Source: Phormidesmis sp. (GTDB lineage Bacteria > Cyanobacteriota > Cyanobacteriia > Leptolyngbyales > Leptolyngbyaceae). Taken from it: a DNA stretch of 64,000 nucleotides. The notes below the pieces were generated by a model. It worked only from the letters and a program-made list of their open reading frames with translations. It was not told the DNA's origin and made no database searches. The stretch covers positions 2,400,001 through 2,464,000 of the forward strand of contig CBDFJR010000002.1 in the NCBI GenBank assembly GCA_965248535.1, in the 5' to 3' direction. The translations under genes and the position numbers were made by a program. This document shows positions 53,564 through 64,000 of this stretch, piece after piece. Position 1 is the stretch's first letter. Each line of letters begins with the position of its first letter.

Positions 53564-54895
53564 ATGGCACCGTCTAAACTCTCTAAGCGAGTCTCTACTG
53601 CTTTAATCAACGCATTAGGGGCAGGAGTTGTTCCCCGCTTGGGGCTAGAGCAAATTGCTGTAGGAAGAGAAAAAGAAGTGGCAACGCTGCTGCAAGACTT
53701 CACTAACATTGCGGCGGGCGGGGCGGCGTTTCGACTGGTGATTGGGCGTTATGGAGCCGGAAAAAGCTTTATGCTGCAACTGCTTCGCAGCCATGCGATC
53801 GAGCAAGGGTTTGTGGTAGCAGATGCCGATATCACGCCCGATCGTCGCCTCGCCGGAACCAACGGGTCTAGCCTCGCGACCTATCGAGAACTGATGTGCA
53901 ATCTCACAACCAAAAGCCGACCTGATGGCGGAGCGTTGACGACGATTTTAGAGCGCTGGATTGCGGGCATTCAAACTCAGGTGGCTCAGGAGACGGGCTT
54001 AAAGTCCAGCGATCAGGGGTTTGATGCTCAGGTGGAAGCCAAAATTAGAGAAGTGACTCAAGATGTCACCGATTTGGTGAATGGGTTTGAGTTTGCCACT
54101 GTGATCATTGCCTACTGGTCTGGCTATCGCAGCGATGATGATTTTAAGAAAGAGTCGGCGCTGCGCTGGCTTCGAGGCGAATTTTCGACTAAAACAGAGG
54201 CAAAAGCGGCGCTGGGAGTGCGGGTGATTATTGACGATGACAATTGGTATGACTACATCAAGCTGTTGGCTCGATTTGTGGCAGACATTGGCTACAAGGG
54301 TCTGATCATTGTGCTAGATGAGGTGATTCACCTGCTCAAAATCACCACTACGGTGTCTCGTCAAAACAATTATGACAAGCTGTTGGCGATGTTTAACGAT
54401 GTGATGCAGGGCAGAGTCGCTCATCTGGGCATTGTGATTGGCGGCACGCCGCAATTTTTAGAAGATCCGCGACGGGGGCTTTATAGTGACCCGGCTTGGC
54501 AGCGGCGCACGGCTCAGAGTGCGTTGGTCAGTCAGAGCGGCATGGTAGATACGATCGCGCCTGTGATTCGTCTAGAGCCGTTGAGTCAAGCTGAGGTTTT
54601 GCAACTGCTGCAACGATTGGCGGAAATGCACAAGCACCACTATGAGTATGGCAAGATGCTTTCGCCGCCGGAGTTGAAAGAATTTTTGAGGCTGATCAGC
54701 GATCGGGTGGGGGCTGATAAATTATTGACTCCGGGGGAGATTGTGCGCGACTTTATGAGTGTGCTCAATATCTTGCATCAAAATCCTCAGTTGTCTATGG
54801 GTCAGCTTTTGCAGCGGTCAGATTTTCAGCCGAGTCGGGTGAATAAGGTTGGACAAGCGGAATCCAATGGGGAGTTTGCAGAGTTTACGCTTTAG
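53564..54895 (+). CDS. DUF2791/BrxD-like P-loop ATPase (Shango SngB-like)
   Basis: ALGAGVVP, GRYGAGKS, WLRG, IVLDE. Confidence 0.8.
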   Translation: MAPSKLSKRVSTALINALGAGVVPRLGLEQIAVGREKEVATLLQDFTNIAAGGAAFRLVIGRYGAGKSFMLQLLRSHAIEQGFVVADADITPDRRLAGTNGSSLATYRELMCNLTTKSRPDGGALTTILERWIAGIQTQVAQETGLKSSDQGFDAQVEAKIREVTQDVTDLVNGFEFATVIIAYWSGYRSDDDFKKESALRWLRGEFSTKTEAKAALGVRVIIDDDNWYDYIKLLARFVADIGYKGLIIVLDEVIHLLKITTTVSRQNNYDKLLAMFNDVMQGRVAHLGIVIGGTPQFLEDPRRGLYSDPAWQRRTAQSALVSQSGMVDTIAPVIRLEPLSQAEVLQLLQRLAEMHKHHYEYGKMLSPPELKEFLRLISDRVGADKLLTPGEIVRDFMSVLNILHQNPQLSMGQLLQRSDFQPSRVNKVGQAESNGEFAEFTL

Positions 54896-55069
54896 ATCTG
54901 GGTGAAAGAGGGGTTGGATGATATGGGTTGTTTGCGTGGAAATGGGTACGGTGATGTTTTTGCGTTGGGGTGGGGCACGGCGGTGCCATGCCCGTATGGT
55001 TATTTTGGGGTTTAAATTTATGATTCTAAATATTACAAATGGGTTTATCGTTGGCATTTAACGTTATTT

Positions 55070-57262
55070 ATGCAAAATTCTTTTCAGCGTCTTGCACCGT
55101 TTATTCAAGACTATATCTATAGCAATGGCTGGACTGATCTTAGACAGGCGCAAATTGAAGCCTGCCGCGTTATTTTTGATAGCGATGATCATTTATTGAT
55201 TGCCGCAGGAACGGCTGCTGGAAAAACAGAGGCAGCGTTTCTTCCGGTGTTGACGTTGCTATATGAAAATCCGTCTAAGACCGTAGGCGCGATGTATATC
55301 GGCCCGATTAAGGCACTGATTAATGATCAGTTCGATCGCTTGAATGATCTCTTAAAACACGCAGACATTCCCGTCTGGGCGTGGCATGGTGATGTGACGC
55401 AAAGCCGCAAAAAAAAGCTGTTGACTCAGCCCCAGGGCATTTTGCAAATCACTCCAGAGTCTCTAGAAAGTTTGCTGATTAATAAAAGTGCCGATCTCGA
55501 TCGCGTCTTTGGCGATTTGCGGTTCATCGTAATTGATGAGATTCATGCGTTTATTGGCAGCGATCGGGGCGCGCAGATTCTCTGTCAGCTATCTCGGCTG
55601 GCTCACCTCACTCACAATCAGCCGCGCAGAATTGGACTTTCTGCCACGTTAGGCGATTACAGTTTGGCAGAAGACTGGCTGCGATCGGGCACGACTCGAT
55701 CGGTGAGCACTCCCAAAATCGAAGGCGGACAGCGCAATATTCAGCTTTCGTTAGAGCATTTTTATGATCCTGGGCTGGTGGTGAGAGCGATCGGGGAAAC
55801 CAAAGATTCGGCGTTTAACCCCTATCATTTGCATCTGTTTAATCAGAGTCAGGGGCGCAAATGTCTGATCTTTGCCAACGGTCGCACCGCCACTGAGGAC
55901 GCGATCGCCGCCCTGCGAGATATTGCCCGCGCTAAAGGGTTTCCTGATATCTATCACGTCCATCACGGCAGCATCTCGGCCGCGTTGCGAGAAACCGCAG
56001 AAACGGCGATGCGAAAACCCGATACGCCTGCTGTGACTGCCGCGACGGTGACCTTTGAAATGGGCATCGATTTGGGACAACTCGATCGCGTCATTCAGCT
56101 TGAGGCTCCGGCTGGGGTGGCGAGTTTTTTGCAGCGATTGGGGCGATCGGGCAGACGGGGCGGCGCGGCTGAGATGCGGTTTATCTGTGCCGAAGATCGA
56201 CCCACGGGTGAAGAACCCTTGCCCGAACAGGTGCCCTGGCAGCTTTTGCAAAGCATTGCCGTGATTCAGCTATATCTCGAAGAGAAGTGGATCGAGCCAG
56301 CCCGATCGCTGCAATATCCCTTTAGTTTGCTCTATCACCAAACGATCAGCGTCTTGGCTTCAAGAGGTGAGCTTTCCCCCTCGGCGCTGGCAGAACAAGT
56401 CCTCACCCTGCCGCCGTTTCACGCCATTTCACAGGCTGATTTTCGGCAGCTATTGCGGCACTTGATCGAAATTGATCACCTCGAAAAAACGCCTGAAGGC
56501 GGACTGATCATCGGCTTGCAGGGTGAGAAAATTGCCCGCAACTTTAAGTTCTACGCGATTTTTCCCGATGTTGAAGATTATGTGGTTAAGCGCGACGGCA
56601 AAGCGATCGGCAGCATAGTTGTGCCGCCCGGAGAGGGCGATCTCATCTCGCTAGCAGGTCGAGTTTGGGAAGTGCTAGAAGTCGATGCCAAGCGAAAAGT
56701 GATCGCGGTGCAGGCGAGTCAAAATCCCGCAACCGCTAGTTCTTGGCGAGGCAGTGCAGGCGAGATCCACGATCGGGTGCTGCAACGAATGCGGCAAGTT
56801 TTGCAAGAGTCTACTGATTATTCCTATTTGCAGGCGGGGGCAAAGCAGCGATTGCAGTTAGCCCGCGAGATGGCACGCAAAACGGGATTATTTAGTCAGC
56901 CGATCGTGCTGCTTGATGAAGAGCTTTGCTGCATTTTTCCCTGGGCTGGCACGATCGCGTTTCGCACCTTAGAGCGGTTTTTGCGGGTCTATTGCAAAGG
57001 GGCGTTAGGTCTAAAAGGGATTAAAGCCCGATCGCCCTATTTCCTGACCGTGAGACTCGGCAAATGCAAGCTAGAAAGTCTGGACTATGAGATGCGATCG
57101 CTGACTGAAAGACGACTGAATGCTGATGAATTGCTGAATGTGGACGACGTTCCGCACCTGCAAAAATATGATGAATTCATTCCCACTGAGCTACTTCAAA
57201 AAAGCTTTGTCGGGGATCATCTCAACCTGAAAGCCTTGGCAGATGCGATTCAGCGCTGGTAA
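55070..57262 (+). CDS. Lhr-like DEAD/H helicase (Shango SngC-like)
   Basis: TAAGKTEAAF, TPESLE, DEIH, LSAT, HHGS, QRLGRSGR. Confidence 0.88.
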   Translation: MQNSFQRLAPFIQDYIYSNGWTDLRQAQIEACRVIFDSDDHLLIAAGTAAGKTEAAFLPVLTLLYENPSKTVGAMYIGPIKALINDQFDRLNDLLKHADIPVWAWHGDVTQSRKKKLLTQPQGILQITPESLESLLINKSADLDRVFGDLRFIVIDEIHAFIGSDRGAQILCQLSRLAHLTHNQPRRIGLSATLGDYSLAEDWLRSGTTRSVSTPKIEGGQRNIQLSLEHFYDPGLVVRAIGETKDSAFNPYHLHLFNQSQGRKCLIFANGRTATEDAIAALRDIARAKGFPDIYHVHHGSISAALRETAETAMRKPDTPAVTAATVTFEMGIDLGQLDRVIQLEAPAGVASFLQRLGRSGRRGGAAEMRFICAEDRPTGEEPLPEQVPWQLLQSIAVIQLYLEEKWIEPARSLQYPFSLLYHQTISVLASRGELSPSALAEQVLTLPPFHAISQADFRQLLRHLIEIDHLEKTPEGGLIIGLQGEKIARNFKFYAIFPDVEDYVVKRDGKAIGSIVVPPGEGDLISLAGRVWEVLEVDAKRKVIAVQASQNPATASSWRGSAGEIHDRVLQRMRQVLQESTDYSYLQAGAKQRLQLAREMARKTGLFSQPIVLLDEELCCIFPWAGTIAFRTLERFLRVYCKGALGLKGIKARSPYFLTVRLGKCKLESLDYEMRSLTERRLNADELLNVDDVPHLQKYDEFIPTELLQKSFVGDHLNLKALADAIQRW

Positions 57263-57301
57263 AGATTGCTCTATGCCCTCCTGACTGCATAAGCACGTTG
57301 G

Positions 57302-57550
57302 TTACGACTTTTTTGATTTTGTCTCACAGCCTATACCGTCTTTGTCACGATCGAATCGATGTGGGTCGGGAGGCAGCACTTTAAAGTTTCGATAAGGAAT
57401 GTCTTTGCAATCTAGATCAGGTGGCGGAGAAGGAATGCAAACACTCGGATAAGCAGGGTCACAGTTTTTTGTTGTAGAAGATAAAGCAGCCAACAAAAAA
57501 GGTGACAACATCAGTGAGGTTAAAGTGCAGGTGATGGCGAACGATTTCAT
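57302..57550 (-). CDS. Small secreted Excalibur-like calcium-binding protein
   Basis: CDPAYPSVCIP..PPDLDC...DPHRFDRDKDGIGCE. Confidence 0.75.
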   Translation of the reverse strand: MKSFAITCTLTSLMLSPFLLAALSSTTKNCDPAYPSVCIPSPPPDLDCKDIPYRNFKVLPPDPHRFDRDKDGIGCETKSKKS

Positions 57551-57699
57551 TCGGTAATCAAAGCCATGATTTAAGTGTCAAAAATATAACCTACTTCTAG
57601 AGGAGGATGACATGGGCTGGTTTTCTTCGTCAAAACAACACAATTTAGCTCTTCACCTGATATGCTATCCCATAACAAACTCAGCTAAGAGAAAAACGA

Positions 57700-57948
57700 G
57701 TGAATAGTCAGCCCCTAATTGTCGATTTGGGTATGTCTGATGCAGAGTATTTGGAGCTTTTGGCGATCGGGAGAAATCCTGCACGAGACTGTAGCTATGA
57801 GCGAGAATTAACAAGCTATGGCGTTATGCTAGATGAGGCTCGACGAGTTGCGCCACTGCTAGACAAACGAGACTGCACGATCGCTGAAAAGATTCTTGTT
57901 AACCAAGCGCTGAGACAGATTTGGAAACGGCTAATTCGCAGCCTCTAA
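57700..57948 (+). CDS. Hypothetical protein
   Basis: 82-aa ORF upstream of glycosyltransferase. Confidence 0.55.
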   Translation: MNSQPLIVDLGMSDAEYLELLAIGRNPARDCSYERELTSYGVMLDEARRVAPLLDKRDCTIAEKILVNQALRQIWKRLIRSL

Positions 57949-57970
57949 AAAACTTCATTGTTCAAACCTT

Positions 57971-59053
57971 GTGACCCGATTCAACCATCCCCTCAAGTTA
58001 TTGTTGCTGTCTACATCAGTGGGGGCTTTGGGGTCGGGTCTGGGGGGCGGCGTAGAACTGACGCTCAAAAATATTGCTCAAGCCCTAAAACAGCAGGGAC
58101 ACGAGGTCACGATCGTGGCTCCTTCTGACTCTGTGCTTGAAGGTGCGTCTCTAGTGACGATCGCCGGAGACTTGCAGATCACCGCTCAAACTCAAGGGCG
58201 CGATGCTGCGATCGTGCTGCCTCCAAACTCAGTGCTGGGCAATATGTGGGGCTATGCGCGTCAGGTTCACCATGACTACGATTTGCTGATTAACTTCGCC
58301 TACGATTGGCTGCCGTTTTATTTGACTCCGTTTTTTCGTCGCCCGATCGCGCATCTGGTCAGCATGGGTTCGTTGACTGACGCAATGGATCAGGTGATTG
58401 AACAGATTGCGGTTGAGTTTCCGGGCACGATCGCGGTGCACAGTCGCGCTCAGGCAGAAACGTTTCGGTTTGGCGATCGCTGTCGCAATATTCAAAACGG
58501 CTTTGACTTGTCGCTCTATGAGTTTTGCGCTCAACCTCAACAACAGCTTGCCTGGGTCGGACGCATTGCCCCCGAAAAAGGGCTAGAAGATGCAGTGGCG
58601 GCGGCTCAAATTGTTGGCATTCCGCTTAAGATTTGGGGTGTGATTCAAGATAAAGACTACTGGGATCAGATCTGTGCAGAGTATCCCGATGCGCCGATCG
58701 AGTATTGCGGATTTTTGCCCACCTCAGACTTACAGCAAAAACTGGGACAATCCCAAGCTCTTTTAATGACTCCGCGCTGGGTCGAAGCCTTTGGCAATGT
58801 GGCGATCGAAGCCCTTGCCTGCGGCGTGCCCGTCATTGCCTACCGTCGCGGCGGCCCCGCCGAAATTGTTCGTGATGGTGAGACGGGTTGGTTAGTGGAA
58901 CCGGACAACGTTGACGGATTGGTGAGCGCGATCGGGCAGTTAGATCACCTCGATCGTCAAGCCTGTCGCCGCCAAGCCGAAGCCGAATATTCTCTAGAAG
59001 CGATGAGCGATCGCCTAGAAGCTTGGTTTGAAACGATCTTAAAAAAAGGTTGA
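57971..59053 (+). CDS. Glycosyltransferase family 4
   Basis: GRIAPEKG, EAFGNVAIEALACGVPV. Confidence 0.9.
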   Translation: MTRFNHPLKLLLLSTSVGALGSGLGGGVELTLKNIAQALKQQGHEVTIVAPSDSVLEGASLVTIAGDLQITAQTQGRDAAIVLPPNSVLGNMWGYARQVHHDYDLLINFAYDWLPFYLTPFFRRPIAHLVSMGSLTDAMDQVIEQIAVEFPGTIAVHSRAQAETFRFGDRCRNIQNGFDLSLYEFCAQPQQQLAWVGRIAPEKGLEDAVAAAQIVGIPLKIWGVIQDKDYWDQICAEYPDAPIEYCGFLPTSDLQQKLGQSQALLMTPRWVEAFGNVAIEALACGVPVIAYRRGGPAEIVRDGETGWLVEPDNVDGLVSAIGQLDHLDRQACRRQAEAEYSLEAMSDRLEAWFETILKKG

Positions 59054-59056
59054 GAC

Positions 59057-59956
59057 ATGAAACGCTGCCAGCCTCCAGCCCCGCTTAAACCAGGTGATTT
59101 GCTGCGGGTAATCTCTCCGAGCGGCACCTTGAGAGAACTGAGTGCCTTTGAGCAAGGGTTGAATGTTTGGCGCGATCGCGGCTATCGAGTCGAGCTAACC
59201 CCCGGATTTGACGATCGCCACGGCTATCTCGCCGGAACGGATGCAAACCGCCGCACCCAGCTAGACATTGCTCTCAAAGACTCTGAGTGCAAAGGCATTC
59301 TCTGCGCTAGAGGCGGCTATGGCGGAGCCAGACTGCTCGAAGATTGGACGTTTCCGGTCACCGAACCGAAGTGGCTGATCGGATTTTCTGACATCACTAG
59401 CCTGCTGTGGAGCTTTGCCAATCAGGGCATTTCGGGGGTTCATGCGCCTTTGTTGACTACGATCGCCGCCGAGCCAGAGTGGTCAAAAGCACGGCTGTTT
59501 GATTGGGTCGAAGGTCGGACGCTACGATCGCTCACAGGCTCAGGTTGGGGGGGTGGACAGGCAACCGGATTGTTACTTCCCGCTAATCTGACGGTTGCGA
59601 CTCATCTTCTCAACACACCATTACAGCCTGATCTATCAGGTGTCATTTTAGCGTTTGAGGATGTGAGTGAAGCGCCTTATCGCATTGACCGAATGTTGAC
59701 TCAGTGGCGCTTATCGGGTGCATTTAAGAATGTGTGTGCGATCTTGTTGGGAAGATTTAGCCAATGTGATCCGCCTAGCAATATTCCTAGCTTTACCGTT
59801 AGCGAAGTCTTGCGTGATCGTCTTAGTGATTTAGGAATTCCGATCGTTTCTGATCTGCCGTTTGGTCACGATGGCGAAAATGCTGCTCTACCCGTAGGAG
59901 TTTCGGTTTGGATCGACGGCGATCGGGGAATTCTTAGTTTTGAGCCATTGCGTTAA
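59057..59956 (+). CDS. LD-carboxypeptidase (S66)
   Basis: RGGYG, GFSDIT, EDV.E.PYRIDR, FGH. Confidence 0.92.
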   Translation: MKRCQPPAPLKPGDLLRVISPSGTLRELSAFEQGLNVWRDRGYRVELTPGFDDRHGYLAGTDANRRTQLDIALKDSECKGILCARGGYGGARLLEDWTFPVTEPKWLIGFSDITSLLWSFANQGISGVHAPLLTTIAAEPEWSKARLFDWVEGRTLRSLTGSGWGGGQATGLLLPANLTVATHLLNTPLQPDLSGVILAFEDVSEAPYRIDRMLTQWRLSGAFKNVCAILLGRFSQCDPPSNIPSFTVSEVLRDRLSDLGIPIVSDLPFGHDGENAALPVGVSVWIDGDRGILSFEPLR

Positions 59957-59984
59957 CGTTGACTATTCCCTCATCCTAACTGCT

Positions 59985-61469
59985 ATGCCGATCGAAGTGT
60001 CTAACTTCTATAATCCAGAACATTGCCACAATGAATCTGAAGTTGAAAGTAAATTCATTGTTCACTATTTACTTCCAGCGTTAGGATATTCTCCTCAGAG
60101 TTGGCGGCAAGAAGTCACTTTTGGCAATATTCGACTCGATTTTTTAGCGGTTGCTGTCAATATTTTTGGGCATCGAAGCCATCTGCAACTGATTATAGAA
60201 GCTAAACATCCTCGACAAAACCTCGATCGTCACACCCGAAAATTTCGTCGCTATCTCACCCTTCTCAACGTTCGCTATGGCATCTTAACCAACGGTCGCT
60301 TCTTAAGAATCTACGAACAAATTAACGGAGAACTCGCCCTCTTACTGCAAGTTTCCGGACACGCCATTCCTCAGCATCTAAATGAGATTCAGCAACTTGT
60401 GAGCCGAGAGGCACTACACACGCGAGTCCAAGAAATAAAACTATCTGCACATCGTTCTCCAATTTCAGACGCTCAAAGTCATCTAGATTTAGCATATTCA
60501 GAGAGTTCTCAGGATCTAGGCACCCGATCGGGGGATTCTCCCATACAATCAATGGCAGCGACACCCAAAACCATTCTTCAGATTTCTCAGACCCCCTCTC
60601 GTTTGGAGTCAACTATGCAAGTTATCGCGATTTATCACAATAAAGGTGGTGTTGGAAAGACAACCACTGTTATCAACCTTGCAGCCGCTTTAAGTAAGTT
60701 AGGGAAACGTATCTTAGTCATCGATTTAGACAGTCAAGCCAACACAACCTATGCTACAGGATTAGTAAAATTCGAGGACGAACTCACAGACACCATTCGA
60801 GAAAGTTATATCTATCACGTCTTAAGAGAGCGCAATAAATTTTTTATTCCTGAAGTGGTTCGACGATCGAGTTTTACGTCACCTGAATTTGATGTCGTAC
60901 CCAGTCACATTGATCTGATGGAACGAGAGCAAGAATTTGTGCAAACTGAACAGGCTCGCACTCGACTATTTAGAAAGCTACAGGATGTCAAAGATCGCTA
61001 CGATATTGTTTTAATCGACACGCCTCCATCGCTCAACATCTATGCTCGTATCGCCTTAATTGCTGCCGATTATGTAATTATTCCATCTGACCTTAAACCC
61101 TTTGCAAACCAGGGCTTACGGAACGTCAGCAAATTTGTAGAAGACATCAATTCTTTTCGGGAAGAGATGAATCGAGAGGCATTAAACATCTTAGGGATTC
61201 TGCCCTCTAAAATCTCAACAGCCACTAAGTTTGTGCAATATACCCTACCTAAAATGGAAGCGATCGTGAAAGATCAATATGGATTTCCACTCTTCAAAAC
61301 GCGAATTTTTGAACGTCGTCCGATTTCAGCCGCAGTCGAAGAAACCCTTGATGTAGGCGACTTATCAATTCCTAACCCGCGCTCGATCTTAGATTTTGCA
61401 CCCAACTCCGACGCGGCTGCCGAATTTGAACAATTAGCCGACGAAGTTTTGGCGCGTCTCAGTGCTTAA
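59985..61469 (+). CDS. HsdR_N-like nuclease fused to ParA-family ATPase
   Basis: NESEVE..LLPALGY, LDFL..IIEAK, ILTNG; NKGGVGKTT, DLDSQAN, IDTPPS. Confidence 0.85.
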   Translation: MPIEVSNFYNPEHCHNESEVESKFIVHYLLPALGYSPQSWRQEVTFGNIRLDFLAVAVNIFGHRSHLQLIIEAKHPRQNLDRHTRKFRRYLTLLNVRYGILTNGRFLRIYEQINGELALLLQVSGHAIPQHLNEIQQLVSREALHTRVQEIKLSAHRSPISDAQSHLDLAYSESSQDLGTRSGDSPIQSMAATPKTILQISQTPSRLESTMQVIAIYHNKGGVGKTTTVINLAAALSKLGKRILVIDLDSQANTTYATGLVKFEDELTDTIRESYIYHVLRERNKFFIPEVVRRSSFTSPEFDVVPSHIDLMEREQEFVQTEQARTRLFRKLQDVKDRYDIVLIDTPPSLNIYARIALIAADYVIIPSDLKPFANQGLRNVSKFVEDINSFREEMNREALNILGILPSKISTATKFVQYTLPKMEAIVKDQYGFPLFKTRIFERRPISAAVEETLDVGDLSIPNPRSILDFAPNSDAAAEFEQLADEVLARLSA

Positions 61470-61486
61470 CCTAATTTAGAATCCCT

Positions 61487-62212
61487 ATGAGTTTATTAAC
61501 ATCCATCGTCGATCTTGACAGCATTCAGCTAAATTCTGCTCCCTTTGCTCCCACCGATCGACAGGCAGAAATCGAAACTCTGGCACACGCGATCGTCGAG
61601 CTTCGAGGCTTGCTAAAAATTCCTGTAGTCCGAGAACTCGGCATTGATGACTACGAATTAGTATCGGGACATTTAGAGTATTATGCCTTTCTCAAAGCAC
61701 GAGAAATCGATGATCAATTGCCCGATCGTCTAACAGTATTTATTCTCAAACCCAACAACGAGGAAGCGATTCTCAAACAACTTGAAGCCAGCCAAGCCAT
61801 TCAACAGGCTACTACATCTTCAAACAATTCACCTCAGTCAGACGCGACTCTAGCCTTAAAAGTCAATAATTTGGAGTCGAGACTTGATCAAAACGCTAAA
61901 CAAACCAGTGCTGAACTTGCTCAATTCAAGGCAGAAGTGTTGGCAGCGATCGACACCAAATTACCACAACCATTACCTGCCCTGGAAGCATTTAATCAAA
62001 TACAAGATCCGGTAATTAAAGTGCAAGTTGTTAGCAAGTTAACATTCTTGGGCAAGAAAAAGGCAGAAACGATTGTAGCCTTGCTTCAGGAATATAAAAC
62101 AAACAATAATAATGCAGAATTTCGGCAGTTTAGTGAGGTTAGGAAAGCATTAGGGACGGGTATATTGTCCCCCGAAAAAATGCTAGAAGTGATTGATCAA
62201 TGGAACAGTTAA
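61487..62212 (+). CDS. ParB-like N-terminal domain protein
   Basis: IETLA..I..L.GL...PVV...YELVSGH; 17 bp after the ParA gene. Confidence 0.65.
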   Translation: MSLLTSIVDLDSIQLNSAPFAPTDRQAEIETLAHAIVELRGLLKIPVVRELGIDDYELVSGHLEYYAFLKAREIDDQLPDRLTVFILKPNNEEAILKQLEASQAIQQATTSSNNSPQSDATLALKVNNLESRLDQNAKQTSAELAQFKAEVLAAIDTKLPQPLPALEAFNQIQDPVIKVQVVSKLTFLGKKKAETIVALLQEYKTNNNNAEFRQFSEVRKALGTGILSPEKMLEVIDQWNS

Positions 62213-62236
62213 ATCAAATCAATTTGGAGAAGTCCA

Positions 62237-62902
62237 ATGATTAGCACTGACGAAGCGATCGCTCCTCAAGTTCTTGCCGAAAAACGAATCTCACTCTACA
62301 ACATCAGTTGGCAGACCTATGAAACTATCTCAAACGCGCTTGGCGATCGCAGTTCTCCCCGCTTAACTTACTACAGAGATACTTTAGAAATTACGACTTT
62401 CTCAGAACTCCATGAAACTGCAAGCGAATTGATCGGCGACTTCGTTGAGATCTTAGTCGAGGAAGCAGATTTGAATATCAAAAGCATGGGATCGACTACA
62501 CTCAACCGACCCGATTTAAGAGCCGGAGCCGAACCTGATAGATGTTATTACATTCAAAACGAGCCATTGGTGAGAGGTCGAACCGTTAATTTAGAAACCG
62601 ATCCGCCCCCTGATTTAGTGATCGAAGTTGATATTACCCACACAGATATCAATAAAAAAGCCCTCTATCAACAGATGGGAGTCCGAGAATTTTGGCGCTA
62701 TAACGGCAGGACCTTGACGCTCTATCATCTCCAAGACAACCAATATCAAGAAGTGCAGACCAGTCCCACGTTTGCTTGGGTGCAGAAAGAAACGCTCTAT
62801 CGGTTTTTGAAAGACTGCGCCGAACAGGGCGAAACTCAAGCAAAACGAACCTTTCGGAACTGGGTGCAAGAACAAATTTTGCTAGTGGAGACCGATCGCT
62901 AA
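62237..62902 (+). CDS. Uma2 family endonuclease
   Basis: ISWQTYE, EPDRCYYI, PPDLVIEVD, GVREFWRY. Confidence 0.9.
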   Translation: MISTDEAIAPQVLAEKRISLYNISWQTYETISNALGDRSSPRLTYYRDTLEITTFSELHETASELIGDFVEILVEEADLNIKSMGSTTLNRPDLRAGAEPDRCYYIQNEPLVRGRTVNLETDPPPDLVIEVDITHTDINKKALYQQMGVREFWRYNGRTLTLYHLQDNQYQEVQTSPTFAWVQKETLYRFLKDCAEQGETQAKRTFRNWVQEQILLVETDR

Positions 62903-64000
62903 CCCGGTTTCAAAATTAAAGAGATGAATTTTTTCAAGGGCGATCGCTAACCAAAGCTCTTCACCCAGTCTCACAGGGCGATCGGGTTCCACCCTCGCTT
63001 GCATCATCTCGCCCGCCAAACTCACCGCCAAAAAGGTCTCATTTCCTAGCGCTTCGACGACCTCAACCTGCACAGGCAAATGGTCAGGAGCCTCACCATC
63101 CACCTTCAAATGTTCAGGACGGATGCCCAATAAAACGGTGTCGCCCTCAGAGGATTGCAGGGCCAAAGCCCAGCGATCGGGCAACGTCAGCCGAAACTGA
63201 GGATGACTCAGACCTAACCCTTTGACCTGGACGGGCAAAAAATTCATCGGCGGCGACCCGATAAACTCGGCAACAAAACGGTTTGCTGGATAGTTATAGA
63301 GTTCGAGCGGCGTAGCAAGTTGTTGAATCTGTCCAGCATTCATCACGGCAATGCGATCGCCCATGGTCATCGCCTCGGTTTGATCGTGCGTAACGTAAAT
63401 CGTCGTGGTTCCCAACTGGCGCTGAAGTTTGACAATTTGGGCGCGAGTTTCTGCCCGCAGTTTGGCATCAAGATTTGAGAGCGGCTCATCCATCAAAAAC
63501 ACTTGAGGGTTGCGGGCCATTGCCCGACCCAAGGCAACTCGCTGCTTTTGCCCGCCTGACAGTTGTTTGGGCAACCGTTCGAGAAGTGGCTCGATTTGCA
63601 GCATCTGAGCCACCATTTTGACTCGCCGATCGACAGATTTTTCGCGATCGCTCTGATAGCGCCACCGCTTCGGAAACTTGCGAGTAGCGCCGACTAAAAG
63701 ATTTTGGCTCCAGTTAGGCATGGAGGTTTCAGACTCGTCTTGACTCGCAAACGTCGTGCGTCGCAGCCCAAAGGCAAGATTGTCGTAGACCGTCATGTGA
63801 GGATAGAGCGCGTAATTTTGAAACACCATCGCAATGTCGCGCTCTTTAGGCGGCAGATCGTTGACTAAGCGATCGCCCACGCGAATGGTTCCGGCTGTGA
63901 GGTCTTCTAGCCCCGCAATCAGGCGCAGCAGGGTGCTTTTGCCGCAGCCAGAGGGGCCAACTAACACCATAAACTCGCCATTGTGGACGGTCAGATTAAT
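62882..64000 (-). CDS. MalK/UgpC-type sugar ABC transporter ATPase (5' end beyond window)
   Basis: [36 protein letters not shown]. Confidence 0.93.
   Translation of the reverse strand: MNLTVHNGEFMVLVGPSGCGKSTLLRLIAGLEDLTAGTIRVGDRLVNDLPPKERDIAMVFQNYALYPHMTVYDNLAFGLRRTTFASQDESETSMPNWSQNLLVGATRKFPKRWRYQSDREKSVDRRVKMVAQMLQIEPLLERLPKQLSGGQKQRVALGRAMARNPQVFLMDEPLSNLDAKLRAETRAQIVKLQRQLGTTTIYVTHDQTEAMTMGDRIAVMNAGQIQQLATPLELYNYPANRFVAEFIGSPPMNFLPVQVKGLGLSHPQFRLTLPDRWALALQSSEGDTVLLGIRPEHLKVDGEAPDHLPVQVEVVEALGNETFLAVSLAGEMMQARVEPDRPVRLGEELWLAIALEKIHLFNFETGLAIGLH

Noticed and set aside
53564..57262. BREX system
   Set aside because: BrxD-like ATPase present but no pglZ, pglX or brxC

Overview
Cyanobacterial chromosome: the HIP1 octamer GCGATCGC is abundant, and Uma2, VKOR-thioredoxin, TPM and PEP-CTERM genes are present. 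The left ~33.7 kb is a decaying integrative defence island at the 3' end of tRNA-Phe(GAA), with a frameshifted tyrosine integrase and an excisionase-like gene. Its cargo includes a phosphorothioation (PT)-associated methyltransferase co-oriented with an McrBC pair whose McrB N-terminus resembles a sulfur-binding (PT-reader) domain; this is the best candidate for an undescribed system. The island also carries an Ssp-like PT locus (DUF4007, ATPase, FtsK-domain protein, cysteine desulfurase) whose centre appears replaced by an HTH-HNH cassette, a DUF2779 nuclease-like gene, a PIN toxin-antitoxin pair and a NACHT-WD40 gene split by a nonsense codon. The right half is mostly core genes (dxs, mtnA, glgA, LD-carboxypeptidase, ABC ATPase). 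It also has four double-glycine-leader peptides (three sharing an upstream motif) beside a parvulin PPIase, an orphan Shango-like ATPase/helicase pair, and an HsdR_N-ParA/ParB-like pair. Several single-base frameshifts at G/C runs may be assembly errors. All family assignments come from motif recognition by eye; no searches were run.
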